From IMG/VR virus record IMGVR_UViG_3300017544_000013, positions 1 to 26,430 of that record: 26,430 bases of DNA. One strand, given 5' to 3'. The notes below the pieces were generated by a model. That model ran no database searches, was not told the origin of the DNA, and saw only the letters and a program-made list of their open reading frames with translations. Of the stretch, positions 26,144 through 26,430 are shown piece by piece; positions within the stretch are counted from its first letter, which is position 1; each line of letters begins with the position of its first letter. This DNA comes from a virus. Its lineage: Duplodnaviria; Caudoviricetes. A program made the translations under genes and the position numbers.

Positions 26144-26430
26144 TGGAGGGCAATCCCATAGGCGACCGTCAGGTGATGGGTATGAACATCGATATGAAAA
26201 TGACTATCGGCAACGTCATCACAATCGGGGTTGTCGTGGTCGGCATTACCGGCAGTTATTACGCGGTGAAGGGCGGTGTAGATCAGAGCAAGATCGATAT
26301 CACCAAACTTGAAACCCGCATTGAACGGCTGGAAACCCAGAATGGTGATGTGCGGGATCGCATGACCCGCATGGAAGTCACCTTGCAGAATATGGCGATC
26401 AATCTGGATCGGGTTGCCCGGTTCGTTGAC
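26143..26430 (+). CDS. Putative holin-like membrane protein (partial, runs off the window)
   Basis: TGATG coupling; single TM (IGNVITIGVVVVGITGSYYAV) followed by a coiled coil (ITKLETRIERLE...). Confidence 0.55.
   Translation, partial: MEGNPIGDRQVMGMNIDMKMTIGNVITIGVVVVGITGSYYAVKGGVDQSKIDITKLETRIERLETQNGDVRDRMTRMEVTLQNMAINLDRVARFVD

Larger units (their letters stand above)
1..26430 (+). mobile_element. Temperate siphovirus/prophage late region (HK97-like head, GTA-related non-contractile tail); both ends lie outside the window
   Basis: Continuous co-oriented, tightly coupled packaging, head, tail and lysis genes. No att sites or integrase are visible in this window. Confidence 0.97.

Noticed and set aside
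26007-26312. 101-aa + strand ORF in the track
   Set aside because: Arg/His-rich off-frame product overlapping the Rz1-like and holin-like genes.

Overview
The window is the late (morphogenesis and lysis) half of an HK97-like temperate siphovirus or prophage of an alphaproteobacterium, most likely Brucellaceae (Ochrobactrum/Brucella). Nearly all genes lie on the + strand. The order is: small accessory ORFs, terminase-associated HNH, a second Zn-finger HNH, cos-like region, terS, terL, prohead protease, major capsid, three small head-associated genes, portal (unusually after the capsid), collagen-like protein, head-tail joining genes, tail tube, frameshifted tail chaperone, tape measure, tail tip genes and a beta-helix tailspike. 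An AT-richer accessory block of about 4 kb follows the tailspike. It holds two GT4 glycosyltransferases resembling Brucella O-antigen genes wboA/wboB, a hypothetical gene, a candidate sRNA and an antisense DUF1902(HicB-like)/HicA pair. The lysis cassette comes last: GH24 endolysin with C-terminal membrane segments, Rz/Rz1 spanins and a holin-like gene cut by the window end. The most notable observations are the phage-borne wboAB-like cassette next to the tailspike, a 69-aa free-standing protein resembling an internal (probably clip) segment of this phage's own portal, and an HNH nuclease with a sliding-clamp-binding-like C-terminus behind a structured, RBS-occluding leader. Family assignments come from motifs and recalled sequences; no database searches were run.
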